A stretch of DNA of 32,000 bases from Okeania sp. (GCF_035285525.1 NZ_JAYKGW010000257.1:17397-49396), one strand, 5' to 3'. Positions 9,373-19,110 are shown, counted from the first letter of the stretch. Numbers and translations: made by a program. Notes: generated by a model from the sequence alone, not told the origin.

Positions 9373-9462
9373 AGGACTTACGCATAGACCCTATCTGTAA
9401 GGTGCGTTACCCTGACGCTAACGCACCAATACTCTATATATAGTGCTTTTGCGTAAGTCCTG
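9373..9462. mobile_element. ~90-bp MITE, full copy
   Basis: AGGACTTACGCA at 9373 and TGCGTAAGTCCTG ending at 9462. Confidence 0.85.
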
Positions 9463-9589
9463 ATTATATCAGTTGCTATAGTAATTACTATTTGAGATGA
9501 AACAGTCCACTACTTATTAAGGTGACTATAATATTATGAAGCATTAGTCGTTAATTTTTCTGGTTCTACAGGAGAATTATGTAATAACA

Positions 9590-9976
9590 TTAATTGTTCT
9601 TCTTGTAAAGTTTCGATAGCATAAGCGCCCCCGAAGTATAGCTAAATTTAACATCAAAAACAGTTGACTCATGAACTTCTACAATTGTTCCGACCTGTCC
9701 CCTATATAATCCTAATTGGGGTAAGTCTTCTAGTAAAGCAACTATATCTAAGAGTTTAAATTTAAGGTTTTGCTTATTTTCATATTCATCTATTTTTTGA
9801 GATAAACTTTCTACAGTTTCGTTTTCTTGTAGTTGATTTTTGAAAGCTAAATAATCACCTTTTCCTAAATTAACAGTTGCTACAAAGCGCCAAAAATCTA
9901 TAGGGGGTAATTGCTTTTGTAAAATAAGTAAAACTTTTTCGATTAATTGTTGATTTTCAGGTATTTTAATTGTCAT
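9590..9976 (-). CDS. Small protein with a DUF4926-like C-terminal half; its 3' end is probably frameshifted, with the alternative frame running to 9534
   Basis: LLDIVALLEDLPQLGLYRGQVGTIVEVHESTVFDVKF fits the DUF4926 pattern. After the C5 run at 9628..9632 the +1 frame reads GGAYAIETLQEEQLMLLHNSPVEPEKL..., which fits the family C-terminus better than the track ORF tail GALMLSKLYKKNN. Confidence 0.6.
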   Translation of the reverse strand: MTIKIPENQQLIEKVLLILQKQLPPIDFWRFVATVNLGKGDYLAFKNQLQENETVESLSQKIDEYENKQNLKFKLLDIVALLEDLPQLGLYRGQVGTIVEVHESTVFDVKFSYTSGALMLSKLYKKNN

Positions 9977-10025
9977 TTTTCACCTCAGCTATAAAATTAA
10001 TAGAATTAACAGTTTTAATGGTTGA

Positions 10026-10404
10026 TCAAGTTTGAAAACGATTAATTAATTGTTTATCGCCAGTTATAAAATACTCAGAATTTGCTAATTATACACTAGG
10101 AACGTGGAGAACATCAAAGGTTTTAATTCCTTGACTTTCTAAATATTTAGCTCTTTTTTATACTTCTTTTGTTTTGGTTTTTTTTATATTAGCCATTTGC
10201 TGAAAGACTATCATGTTCTGTTTTTGATTTAATTTAGGATGACAGCTATTTTCATAGTCAAGAATACTTGAGTTAACTAACTCAATTTCTTGATTTTTAA
10301 TCATTCCTAAAATCAACAGCTTCAGTTTCTCAGGCGATTTTATTTTGTGTTTGGTCATCAAAAGGACGATGATAAAAACTGGTATCTAAATAAACTCTAA
10401 TCAC
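10026..10404 (-). pseudogene. Decayed PIN-domain (VapC-like) toxin gene
   Basis: Minus-strand reading gives VIRVYLDTSFYHRPFDDQTQNKIA-stop(TGA, 10330..10332)-ETEAV, then a 1-nt frameshift. It continues LILGMIKNQEIELVNSSILDYENS...KEV-stop-KRAKYLESQGIKTFDVLHVPSV-stop-LANSEYFITGDKQLINRFQT. The acidic PIN residues (D, E, D, D) are in the expected order. There are at least 3 premature stops and 1 frameshift. Confidence 0.8.
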
Positions 10405-10619
10405 ATCATACTATAGTCCTATTAATTATACAGTAAGCTGATTGATGACCTCCTTTAACAATTTTTATCAGGACTCAAAATAGTAGGGACTCCCTACTGT
10501 GGTATGCCAAAATTAAAAGTTTTGTAAGGTAAGAGTTAACAGCTATTAACTCCTACAAATGGTTGATAATTTTGTCATTTTTTGGCAAAACCAGATTTCT
10601 TAATTACCACAAATCCCAA

Positions 10620-11741
10620 TTAGGAAAATTCATCTAAAATGAAATCCTCTGCGCTAATACTTGGCGCACCTTTCAAAGTAGCTATTTTGTTGCCACCGCC
10701 CAAACCAGGTAGGGCACCGTTGGCATTATAATATAAATCTCCAGTGGAGCGAACGTAAACGATATCTGCTACAGAACCAGCAACGGCTTTTTTGTTTTTT
10801 ACTGATGCAAATTCTCGCTCAATACTAAATCCTTTTCCTACTTCACTACCAAGAGTGATAAAAGTATCTGTATTGAGAACAATATTGTCAACATTGGGTC
10901 GAAAATCTGTGATAGTATCAACGCCCAAGTCTTCTCTCCTGTAAGCTCTGTTGCTGCCTATCAGAAAATCATCTGCACCGCCACCACCTGTTAATGTATC
11001 GTTTCCGGCGCCACCGAATAGTTCGTCAGCACCACCACGACCGATTAAAGTATCGTTACCGTTTCCGCCATTGATTCTCTCAGCTTGATTAGTTCCTCGG
11101 AGTCGGTTGTTTTCATTATCACCGTTCATAGTTCTATTGGGGCCTGGATCAGAACTGGAAAACTCCCATTCCAGAAGAGCTAGACTGTTTCTATAATCAT
11201 AACCACCGAAGCCAACATAAGCCTTGTTACCGATAATACCTTCAATATCGACTTTTGTAGACAACAAAGGATTTTTAGGTTTAGTAGTCGTGGTAGATGT
11301 AAAAACTTTTAGTCGATCATTCTTGCTCTTATATTCAATCCAAACATTAATCTCTTCATCGCGCTCTAAGTCTAAATCGTCAGGTTGAACTGAAACTAAA
11401 GGTATAGGACTACCGTTGGTATTAATTAAAATACCCTGTAAACTGTCTAATTCTACAGCTACACTTGATAAAATTCCTACGCCACTATCAAAAGAGTGAG
11501 TTGCTACAGCAATATCTTCTCTTGGATCGTCATGTAGTATGAATGTTAAACCAGTGTTTTGTCCTACTTGATATCGAAAATTGGTTTCAAAAGAAGTATC
11601 TTCATCAAACCTAATTTGTTCAGAAAAAAAGGCACTACCTTTATTTTGATCGTTAGCATCAAACTCTAAAGTCTGGCCTATTCTAGCTGCTCCTTCATTA
11701 AAAGTAAACTCGAAAAAGTTGTTAGAACTTAATTTAACCAT
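10620..11741 (-). CDS. Secreted lectin-like (ConA/legume-lectin fold) domain protein with C-terminal RTX calcium-binding repeats
   Basis: The N-terminal 200 aa have a lectin-like pattern (FNEGAARIGQTLEF...GSAFFSEQIRF...SFETNFRYQV...GLTFILHDDP...VAVELDS). These are followed by GGNGNDTLIGRGGADELFGGAGNDTLTGGGGADDF (GGxGxD nonapeptides) and a DIVYVRSTGDLYYNANG tail. There is no N-terminal signal peptide, which is consistent with a type I secretion substrate. Confidence 0.85.
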   Translation of the reverse strand: MVKLSSNNFFEFTFNEGAARIGQTLEFDANDQNKGSAFFSEQIRFDEDTSFETNFRYQVGQNTGLTFILHDDPREDIAVATHSFDSGVGILSSVAVELDSLQGILINTNGSPIPLVSVQPDDLDLERDEEINVWIEYKSKNDRLKVFTSTTTTKPKNPLLSTKVDIEGIIGNKAYVGFGGYDYRNSLALLEWEFSSSDPGPNRTMNGDNENNRLRGTNQAERINGGNGNDTLIGRGGADELFGGAGNDTLTGGGGADDFLIGSNRAYRREDLGVDTITDFRPNVDNIVLNTDTFITLGSEVGKGFSIEREFASVKNKKAVAGSVADIVYVRSTGDLYYNANGALPGLGGGNKIATLKGAPSISAEDFILDEFS

Positions 11742-11846
11742 AATTACCTTGACTGCAATGAATTAAATATTCAGAAGTTGGACTTCAATTCAAATCTTCG
11801 GTTCAATTATAACAATTATTCTGTTCTGTCAACAAATATAATCAAT

Positions 11847-11985
11847 GATATCATGTCCGTTAGCATCGGATTTTTCGGGCACCGTGCGTGTATAAAATCA
11901 AGCTAAGAATAGCAGAAAAGCTTCTGCCTTCAGAATAGCTGCCTTCCTTCCTCCAAAATGTAACTATTCAACCGGACATGATATG
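11847..11985. mobile_element. ~140-bp MITE-like element bounded by a 12-bp perfect inverted repeat ATATCATGTCCG / CGGACATGATAT
   Basis: Left arm at 11848..11859 and right arm at 11973..11984. It is non-coding and intergenic. Confidence 0.55.
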
Positions 11986-12185
11986 ACCTCTAGTCATCTC
12001 TACCTTTTATTTATCAATCTCCTAATTTCCCATTCCCCTCCAAGGAGGGGTGTCAGCATTTTTACACGGATATATAGCAACCGACAAGGCGATTAGGACA
12101 TGGACTAATGATGAATCTTAGAGAGCGGAAAGACTTGAACAACTGTTCCCTGTTCCCAGTTAAGTGTTCCCTGCTATAACTACAT

Positions 12186-12274
12186 AGGACTTACGCATGA
12201 ACGCTATTGGTAGGGTGCGTTAGCCGTAGCGTAACGCACCAAGACTCCATATATAGACCTTTGCGTAAATCCTG
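12186..12274. mobile_element. ~90-bp MITE, full copy (TIR AGGACTTACGCA ... TGCGTAAATCCTG)
   Basis: Aligns along its whole length with 9066..9155, 9373..9462 and the reverse complement of 21880..21968. It is preceded by the 25-bp motif at 12148..12172. Confidence 0.85.
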
Positions 12275-12354
12275 CTACAAAACGGCAGAAAGCATAAACC
12301 CTCCACCGTCTTAACCATTAAATATTTACTTCCGTTCCCGAAAGAAACTAAATC

Positions 12355-14838
12355 CTATTCAGCAACTTGAGGTACTAACTCTCGCTTCTCCTTTTCTTCC
12401 TCTTCACCCTTAGAAACGGTAATCTGACCATCTTCTCCAACATCAACCACAGCAGTATCGCCATCATTGATCTTGCCAGCCAAAATTTCCTCAGCTAAAC
12501 TATCCTCAAGCAAACGCATAATCGCTCGACGCAAAGGACGCGCACCATAACTAGGATTATAACCTTCTTCAACCAACCGCTCCTGGAAGCGCTCAGTAAT
12601 CTCTAACTTAATACCCTTCTCTGTCAAACGACTAAACACTTCTTTCAGCAGAATAACAGAAATTTCCTTCACCTCTTCCTTACTCAACTGACGGAACACA
12701 ATAATCTCATCCAAACGGTTCAAGAACTCAGGACGGAAATACTGTTTCAACTCCTCATTCACCAGATTGCGAATCCGGTTATACTGAGCATCAGCTTCAT
12801 TGTCTGAGAACTCGAAACCAAGACCACCGCCTCCTTTTTCGATTACCTTAGAACCGATATTAGAAGTCATAATAATCAAGGTATTCTTGAAGTCAACTGT
12901 TCTTCCTTTAGCATCAGTCAAACGACCATCTTCCAAAATTTGCAACAGCATATTGAATACATCAGGGTGTGCTTTTTCAATTTCATCAAACAACACCACA
13001 GTATAAGGACGACGACGAACCGCCTCCGTTAACTGACCACCCTCATTATAACCAACATAACCAGGAGGAGAACCAATCAACTTAGAAACAGTATGACGTT
13101 CCATATATTCCGACATATCCAATCGGATCATCGCTTCCTCAGAACCAAAGAAATATGCAGCCAAAGCCTTAGTCAACTCAGTCTTACCAACACCAGTCGG
13201 TCCTGAGAACACAAAACTAGCAATCGGACGGTTAGGATTTTTCAATCCCACTCTAGCGCGACGAATAGCACGAGACACTGCCTTCACAGCATCCTCCTGA
13301 CCAATCAAACGTTGGTGTAAAGTATCCTCCATGTGCAGCAGTTTCTCAGACTCAGACTCAGTTAACTTATTCACCGGAACCCCAGTCCAACTTGCCACAA
13401 TATGAGCAATATCCTCCTCAGTTACCATTGGAGAATCATTTTCATTAGTGGAGTCGAGCTTCTTATTTTGAGCTAAAGAACGGATCTCCGATTTGATTTC
13501 CATTTCGCGATCGCGCAACTCACCCGCTTTATCAAAATCCTGAGAACGCACCGCCTCATCCTTATCTTTCAAAAGTTGACGTAACTCCTTATCCAACTCC
13601 TTAGCTGCGGGTGGCAACTGAGAATTAATCAACCGCACACGGGAACCAGCTTCATCTATTAAGTCAATAGCTTTATCTGGCAAATAGCGATCGCTAATAT
13701 AACGGTCTGATAACTTAGCCGCAGCTTCCAGAGCAGTATCCAAAATTTTCAACTTATGGTGTTGCTCGTAACGTTCCCTCAAACCGTACAATATCTCAAT
13801 AGTTTCATCAACAGAAGGTTCACCCACCATCACTGGTTGAAAACGACGTTCCAGAGCTGCATCTCGTTCAATATGTTTCCGATACTCATCTAGGGTAGTC
13901 GCCCCTATGCACTGTAACTCCCCACGGGCTAAAGCAGGTTTCAAAATATTGGCTGCATCAATGGCCCCTTCCGCAGCACCAGCTCCAATTAAAGTATGGA
14001 CCTCATCAATAACTAGAATAACATTACCCGCAGAGCGAATTTCGTCCATAATTTTCTTGAGACGTTCTTCAAACTCACCCCGGTATTTAGTACCAGCCAC
14101 CAAAAGGCCAATGTCCAGAGTTACCACCCGCTTTTCTTCTAAAATATCTGGGATATCATTATTAGCAATGCGTTGTGCCAAACCTTCAGCGATCGCCGTT
14201 TTACCGACACCAGGTTCCCCGATCAAAACTGGATTATTTTTAGTTCTACGGCCGAGAATTTGAATTACCCTTTCAATTTCGGTTTGTCTTCCCACCACTG
14301 GGTCTAACTTACCTTCAGATGCCATTTGAGTCAGATTTGAACCAAACTCATCCAGGGTCGGAGTTTTTGTCCGACCACCCCCACCACCAGCTGTCACCTC
14401 TGCTGTTTCACCCAAAATTCTAATTACTTGAGTGCGGACTTTTGAGAGGTCTACGCCCAAATTTTCTAGAACTCTGGCAGCTACTCCTTCTCCTTCTCGG
14501 ATTAAACCCAAAAGTAAATGCTCTGTACCAATATAGTTATGTCCTAATTGCCGTGCTTCCTCTAGAGATAATTCTAAAACCCTTTTAGCTCTAGGAGTAA
14601 ATGGGATTTCTACTGCTACAAATCCCGAACCACGGCCAATTATTTTTTCCACTTCAATCCGAGCATCTTTTAGGTTCACACCCATAGATTTTAGGACTTT
14701 AGCTGCTACCCCTGTCCCTTCTCCAATTAAACCAAGGAGAATTTGTTCTGTCCCTACAAAGTTATGTCCCAAGCGGCGAGCTTCTTCTTGGGCCAACATT
14801 ATCACTTTGATTGCTTTTTCGGTGAAGCGTTCAAACAT
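12355..14838 (-). CDS. clpC: ATP-dependent Clp protease ATP-binding subunit ClpC
   Basis: 827 aa. Two Clp_N repeats ([32 protein letters not shown]). Two AAA+ modules with Walker A motifs GEPGVGKT and [12 protein letters not shown]-like linker ([11 protein letters not shown]) and a ClpB_D2-small C-terminus. Confidence 0.97.
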   Translation of the reverse strand: MFERFTEKAIKVIMLAQEEARRLGHNFVGTEQILLGLIGEGTGVAAKVLKSMGVNLKDARIEVEKIIGRGSGFVAVEIPFTPRAKRVLELSLEEARQLGHNYIGTEHLLLGLIREGEGVAARVLENLGVDLSKVRTQVIRILGETAEVTAGGGGGRTKTPTLDEFGSNLTQMASEGKLDPVVGRQTEIERVIQILGRRTKNNPVLIGEPGVGKTAIAEGLAQRIANNDIPDILEEKRVVTLDIGLLVAGTKYRGEFEERLKKIMDEIRSAGNVILVIDEVHTLIGAGAAEGAIDAANILKPALARGELQCIGATTLDEYRKHIERDAALERRFQPVMVGEPSVDETIEILYGLRERYEQHHKLKILDTALEAAAKLSDRYISDRYLPDKAIDLIDEAGSRVRLINSQLPPAAKELDKELRQLLKDKDEAVRSQDFDKAGELRDREMEIKSEIRSLAQNKKLDSTNENDSPMVTEEDIAHIVASWTGVPVNKLTESESEKLLHMEDTLHQRLIGQEDAVKAVSRAIRRARVGLKNPNRPIASFVFSGPTGVGKTELTKALAAYFFGSEEAMIRLDMSEYMERHTVSKLIGSPPGYVGYNEGGQLTEAVRRRPYTVVLFDEIEKAHPDVFNMLLQILEDGRLTDAKGRTVDFKNTLIIMTSNIGSKVIEKGGGGLGFEFSDNEADAQYNRIRNLVNEELKQYFRPEFLNRLDEIIVFRQLSKEEVKEISVILLKEVFSRLTEKGIKLEITERFQERLVEEGYNPSYGARPLRRAIMRLLEDSLAEEILAGKINDGDTAVVDVGEDGQITVSKGEEEEKEKRELVPQVAE

Positions 14839-15511
14839 AAATAATTAATTCCTATCTTTTTAATTAATTGCCCTAAAGCTTATTCTAGCTTGACATTTTT
14901 ACTAAAACCGTTTCCCACTTTTGAATCTTGAGACTAAGGATACTTACTCAAAATGTAAATTTATTTTGCGATAGTAATCTTTTGAGTCATATCATAAATT
15001 TTTTGGTGGGTAACAATTTTTACCAAACTACTCTAAAACAAAATAGTCTTATTGGTATACTTATAAGTTGGTATTTAGACAGTTTAGCTCAATCTAAAAA
15101 AAATTCAGGTAGGGTAATCCCCTATCTGATGTCTTTATCAATTTGCTTGTTCGATTTACTGTTAATGGTACTGAAAGTTGATTTTTCTCAACTAAGAATC
15201 ATTTTGGTTTGTCAAGTATAGCTCAGATTTTTACTTACTAAATTACTGATGATTAAACTATAATAATCATATTTTATTCATTTCAAAAATTAGCAATATT
15301 TTCGAGAATAGCTTTGGAGATAATAGTGAATTAGTATAAGCTTTTGGTGTCTATTTCTAGTTTTTGAATTGTTACGACTTATTTATAATTGCTATATCTA
15401 TTTCTTTTTCTTATGGAAATTAAATAGTTTTCTCATTCAATATCTTTAAATAAATTATTATTTCTAGTTAAAATAGAATCCCTCAACCTGCTTTTATTGA
15501 ATCTATTTGGA

Positions 15512-15728
15512 ATCTTTGAGATTGATTTTTCTTGACATTTGTGATCGCCAACCAGCTATCCTATTTTCTTTGTTGAATAAAAAATCATGTGTATAGGCGA
15601 GTGACTACCATTAAGCTTCAGCTTATCATAATTTGGTTGAGGATGCAACCCTATATCCTTTTTCATAGCGCCATTTTTATTTCTAACTGAGAATAAGTAA
15701 GAAAAATTTTACCTACATAAATGAAATT
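15512..15728. repeat. Left copy of a ~215-bp direct repeat
   Basis: About 95 percent identical to 16110..16323. Starts ATCTTTGAGATTGATTTTTCTTGACATT and ends ACCTA.ATAAATGAAAT. Confidence 0.9.
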
Positions 15729-15840
15729 ACTAGGGCGTGTCATCAATTAAATAAGTTGACAAAAAGGCTACTAAAAATGGCGATCACGGTTGGGTAGGTT
15801 CAAATATAGCGAGCGCATACCTAAAATTGTGCGGTAGGTA

Positions 15841-15898
15841 GGGGCGGGTTTCTCAGTCAAATGAACGATTGTCACAGTTATTTAGATAAACCCGCCCC
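15841..15898. repeat. GGGGCGGGTTT-N36-AAACCCGCCCC hairpin module (solo copy inside the composite MITE)
   Basis: Perfect 11-bp arms. Preceded by CCTAAAATTGTGCGG. Confidence 0.85.
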
Positions 15899-15969
15899 CC
15901 CCAATGATGTAATGAACAGTTTTAGCTTTGTCAGTCCACTACTTTTGTTGATAAACCTTCTAACATCTA

Positions 15970-16060
15970 CAGGACTTACGCAAGGTTACTATATATAGAG
16001 TTGAAAAACTATTGCACAACAGTTTTAAGCGCTACATCTAGGGTCGCTGCGTAAGTCCTG
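15970..16060. mobile_element. ~90-bp MITE (CAGGACTTACGCA ... TGCGTAAGTCCTG) nested in the composite MITE
   Basis: Perfect 13-bp TIRs. Flanked by ATCTA on both sides, a possible target duplication. It is absent from the homologous position of the copy at 21320..21790. Confidence 0.8.
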
Positions 16061-16109
16061 ATCTAATTGATGACACACCCTAAATTTAAACTACTGATTC
16101 TAATTTGAC

Positions 16110-16323
16110 ATCTTTGAGATTGATTTTTCTTGACATTGGCGATCGCCAACCAGCTATTCTCTTTTTGATTGAATAAAAAATCATGTGTATAGGCGAGTGA
16201 CTACTATTAAGCTTCATCTTATCATAATTTGGTTGAGGATGCAACCCTATATCCTTTTTTATAGCGCCATTTTTATTTCTAACTGAGAATAAGTAAGAAA
16301 AATTTTACCTATATAAATGAAAT
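16110..16323. repeat. Right copy of the ~215-bp direct repeat
   Basis: See 15512..15728. Confidence 0.9.
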
Positions 16324-16438
16324 GAGTAAATTTCCAGCACTGATCCTAAAGGAAGTAAAAATAAACATATTATTGTTGAGTATAGATTTTGCCTCTTACT
16401 TCTAACTACCTTAATAGGCAAACTCTAGAGTGTTAATT

Positions 16439-17056
16439 TTAGACTTCTAACTTTTCCCAAATCACTTCATAACCATTAATACGAGCAACAACTTGTCTAT
16501 ACCATTCAGACAAAGTGCCCTCAAAATCTGGTTCATGGAGATGACCACGCCAAAGAACTAGAGCATCTTCCCCAGTTTTTTGATAATATCCTTTACGACG
16601 ACCTACATCTTGAAAACCAAATTTATGATATAAAGACAATGCAGGAGTATTAGAAACTGCAACTTCTAAGGTAGCTCGCTCCAATCCTCTTTCCCAAGCA
16701 GACCTCATTAAAGTGTATAGTAATAATTGACCAAAACCCAAACCTTGGTATTTAGGGTGGACTCCCAAAATAGTAATGTGTGCCTCCTCCAAAATAGCCC
16801 ATAAACAACCAATGCCGATTATAGATTTATCATTATAGGTAATCTGTGATTTACAGTTAGAGGATTTAAAGGTAACTTCCTCCTTCTCAGTTTTAGTATT
16901 TTGGCTAATCATTAAAATCAGCAAATCGCTATTAGGACTTTCTATCTCTCGCTGATAACCTTGAGTATTCCAGAGTCCACCAAAGCAAAGTTGATCCAAT
17001 TCAACCACCCTAGAAATGTGTTCTGGACTCATTTTTTGAATCGTAATAATGGCCAT
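16439..17056 (-). CDS. rimI: GNAT-family ribosomal-protein-alanine N-acetyltransferase (RimI-like)
   Basis: Acetyl-CoA binding motif ILGVHPKYQGLGFGQLLL and LEVAVSNTPALSLYHKFGF. 205 aa, with a low-complexity insertion (QNTKTEKEEVTFKSSNCKSQITYNDKS). It is divergent from lysA. Confidence 0.75.
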   Translation of the reverse strand: MAIITIQKMSPEHISRVVELDQLCFGGLWNTQGYQREIESPNSDLLILMISQNTKTEKEEVTFKSSNCKSQITYNDKSIIGIGCLWAILEEAHITILGVHPKYQGLGFGQLLLYTLMRSAWERGLERATLEVAVSNTPALSLYHKFGFQDVGRRKGYYQKTGEDALVLWRGHLHEPDFEGTLSEWYRQVVARINGYEVIWEKLEV

Positions 17057-17455
17057 ACCTATTACTAATGGATAATGGATAGTTAATCAATTTCATTTAA
17101 AACATTTCCTTTCAATGAGAAGCAATAAATAATATTTCTTCCCTTGGTTCATTTTTCTCAGTTTTAACCAGAAGTAGTTACAGTAGATTCTATTTTGGTG
17201 AGTTAAACTCCCGGAAGCAAGATGCACGGTTCCGGAAAAATCCCAATGAAAAGATTTAATTATTAAATCTGTACTTTAATATACTGGGAATCTGCTGTAA
17301 TAATTAGAGATAATTTTTATTATTTACTGTTCATTATTTATCATCTATCTAATATAAGTTTAAACTTGAGATGAAAAATAAATCAAAAATAGATAAACTA
17401 AAATAACTACTACTTAATTACATCACTAAAGTACAACTCTGTAAGAAAAACACTC

Positions 17456-18886
17456 ATGGTATCAACCCCATCTAAAATAACTACAATAACTACTAATTCA
17501 GGGCTTCAGTATCTACCAAAATTAGGAGGTTCTATCAAAGAAAGTTCACCTAATCAAGAACTTTTACCACTTACTGCTAAAGTCAATAATTTAGACCATT
17601 TAGAAATCGGAGGTTGGGATGTCCCAGGATTAGTGGAGAAATTTGGCTCACCTTTGTATATTGTGGACGAATATACTCTCAGAACAGCTTGTCGTCAATA
17701 TAGAGAGGCACTAAAACAATATTATCCTGGAGAATCTTTGGTACTTTATGCTTCCAAAGCTTGGAATAGTTTAGCAATATGTGCCCTATGTGGTTCTGAA
17801 GGTTTAGGAATAGATGTTGTATCTGGAGGAGAATTATATACAGCTCTTCAAGCAGGTGTTAAATCGGAAAAAATATATTTTCATGGCAACAATAAATCTG
17901 TAGCTGAATTAAATCTTGCCATTGAAACAGATTGTATAATTGTTGTAGATAACTGGCTAGAATTAGAAACATTAGCAGCTTTAAAAAAGGAACAAAAAGA
18001 GCAACTACAAAATCCTACTAAAATAATGATCAGGTTAACGCCTGGTATTGAGTGTCATACCCATGAATACATTCGTACAGGTCATCTAGATAGTAAGTTT
18101 GGATTTGACCCTAATCAATTGAATGATGTTTTTGCCTTCATTAGTAAACAAGAATTACTATCATTTATTGGTATTCATGCTCATATAGGTTCCCAAATTT
18201 TTGAAATTCAACCCCATCAAGATTTAGCAGATGTAATGGTAGATGCAATAACAACTGCTTCAGTACATAATTTATCAATCAAAGAAATTAATATTGGTGG
18301 AGGTTTAGGAATCCGTTATACTGAAGCAGATGACCCACCTAGTATTGAAACTTGGGTTCAGAAAGTTAGTACAGCAATGGTAGATGCTTGTCAAAGTAAA
18401 CAATTACCATTACCTAAACTATTATGTGAGCCAGGACGGTCAATAATTGGACCAGCCTGTGTTACAGCTTATACTGTAGGGTCTCAAAAACAAATTCCGG
18501 AAATTAGAACTTATATATCTGTAGATGGAGGAATGTCAGATAATCCTCGGCCAATAACTTATCAATCAGTTTATCGAGCCGTTGTAGCTAATAAATTATC
18601 TGAACCAAGCACAGAAACAGTTACTATAGCTGGTAAACACTGTGAATCTGGTGATGTTCTAATTAAAAATGCTAACTTACCAGTTACTCAACCAGGAGAT
18701 TGTTTAGTAGTTATGACTACAGGTGCTTATAACTATAGTATGGCTTCTAACTATAATCGAGTACCACGTCCAGCAGCAGTTTTGGTAGGCAATAATGAAG
18801 TTAATGTAATTTTGCAAAGGGAAACCTACCAAGATTTACTGAATCAAGATATTTTACCCGAAAGAATAACTATGGGTGTTCAATAA
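17456..18886 (+). CDS. lysA: Diaminopimelate decarboxylase
   Basis: 476 aa. PLP-dependent Orn/DAP/Arg decarboxylase motifs YASKAW, HAHIGSQ, GGGLGIRY, EPGRSI, CESGDVL and GAYNYSMASNYN. Confidence 0.95.
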   Translation: MVSTPSKITTITTNSGLQYLPKLGGSIKESSPNQELLPLTAKVNNLDHLEIGGWDVPGLVEKFGSPLYIVDEYTLRTACRQYREALKQYYPGESLVLYASKAWNSLAICALCGSEGLGIDVVSGGELYTALQAGVKSEKIYFHGNNKSVAELNLAIETDCIIVVDNWLELETLAALKKEQKEQLQNPTKIMIRLTPGIECHTHEYIRTGHLDSKFGFDPNQLNDVFAFISKQELLSFIGIHAHIGSQIFEIQPHQDLADVMVDAITTASVHNLSIKEINIGGGLGIRYTEADDPPSIETWVQKVSTAMVDACQSKQLPLPKLLCEPGRSIIGPACVTAYTVGSQKQIPEIRTYISVDGGMSDNPRPITYQSVYRAVVANKLSEPSTETVTIAGKHCESGDVLIKNANLPVTQPGDCLVVMTTGAYNYSMASNYNRVPRPAAVLVGNNEVNVILQRETYQDLLNQDILPERITMGVQ

Positions 18887-19110
18887 TGGATAATTGATAA
18901 TTACTTCTCCTGAAAAGGAAGAAGATTTAATCAAAGGAAGAAGTCTATTTTTTTTCCTTTTAAAGGGAAGGCTTTAAACCTGAATTATTTAATTATTCGG
19001 TAATAGTATTTAATTGGTAACAGAAAGCTAAAAGAAATCACAATTAATCTGTTACCAGCGTAAAAGAGAGTAAATTAAAAGTTGATATTAGATTAATAAT
19101 TGAAAGTTAA

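Larger units (their letters stand above)
15731..16082. mobile_element. Composite MITE with 19-bp TIRs TAGGGCGTGTCATCAATTA / TAATTGATGACACACCCTA, carrying a GGGGCGGGTTT hairpin module and a nested 91-bp MITE
   Basis: The TIRs match at 18 of 19 positions. The internal sequence is colinear with the second copy at 21320..21790. Confidence 0.8.

Noticed and set aside
9028-9589. A TpsB transporter or other partner gene directly upstream of the giant gene.
   Set aside because: The interval contains only MITE copies and no ORF of meaningful length on either strand.
10158-10361. 67-aa ORF as an intact gene.
   Set aside because: It is the central fragment of the decayed PIN-domain gene (10026..10404), and the flanking PIN segments lie in other frames or behind stop codons.
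12800-14263. Plus-strand ORFs 12800..13006 and 13907..14263.
   Set aside because: They are antisense to the highly conserved clpC and have low-complexity Ser/Pro/Ile-rich translations.
14928-15221. 97-aa ORF upstream of clpC.
   Set aside because: It has a non-ATG start, is extremely AT-rich and low-complexity (Leu/Ile/Asn/Phe), and has no recognisable domain. It is most likely a chance ORF in AT-rich spacer.
17211-17236. A TCCGGA hexamer (17231..17236) as a heterocyst-specific DIF-type promoter motif, plus a CCGGAA/TTCCGG hairpin, in the rimI-lysA spacer.
   Set aside because: A 6-bp palindrome is expected several times by chance in 32 kb. There is no convincing -10 box at the right spacing and no associated transcript evidence.
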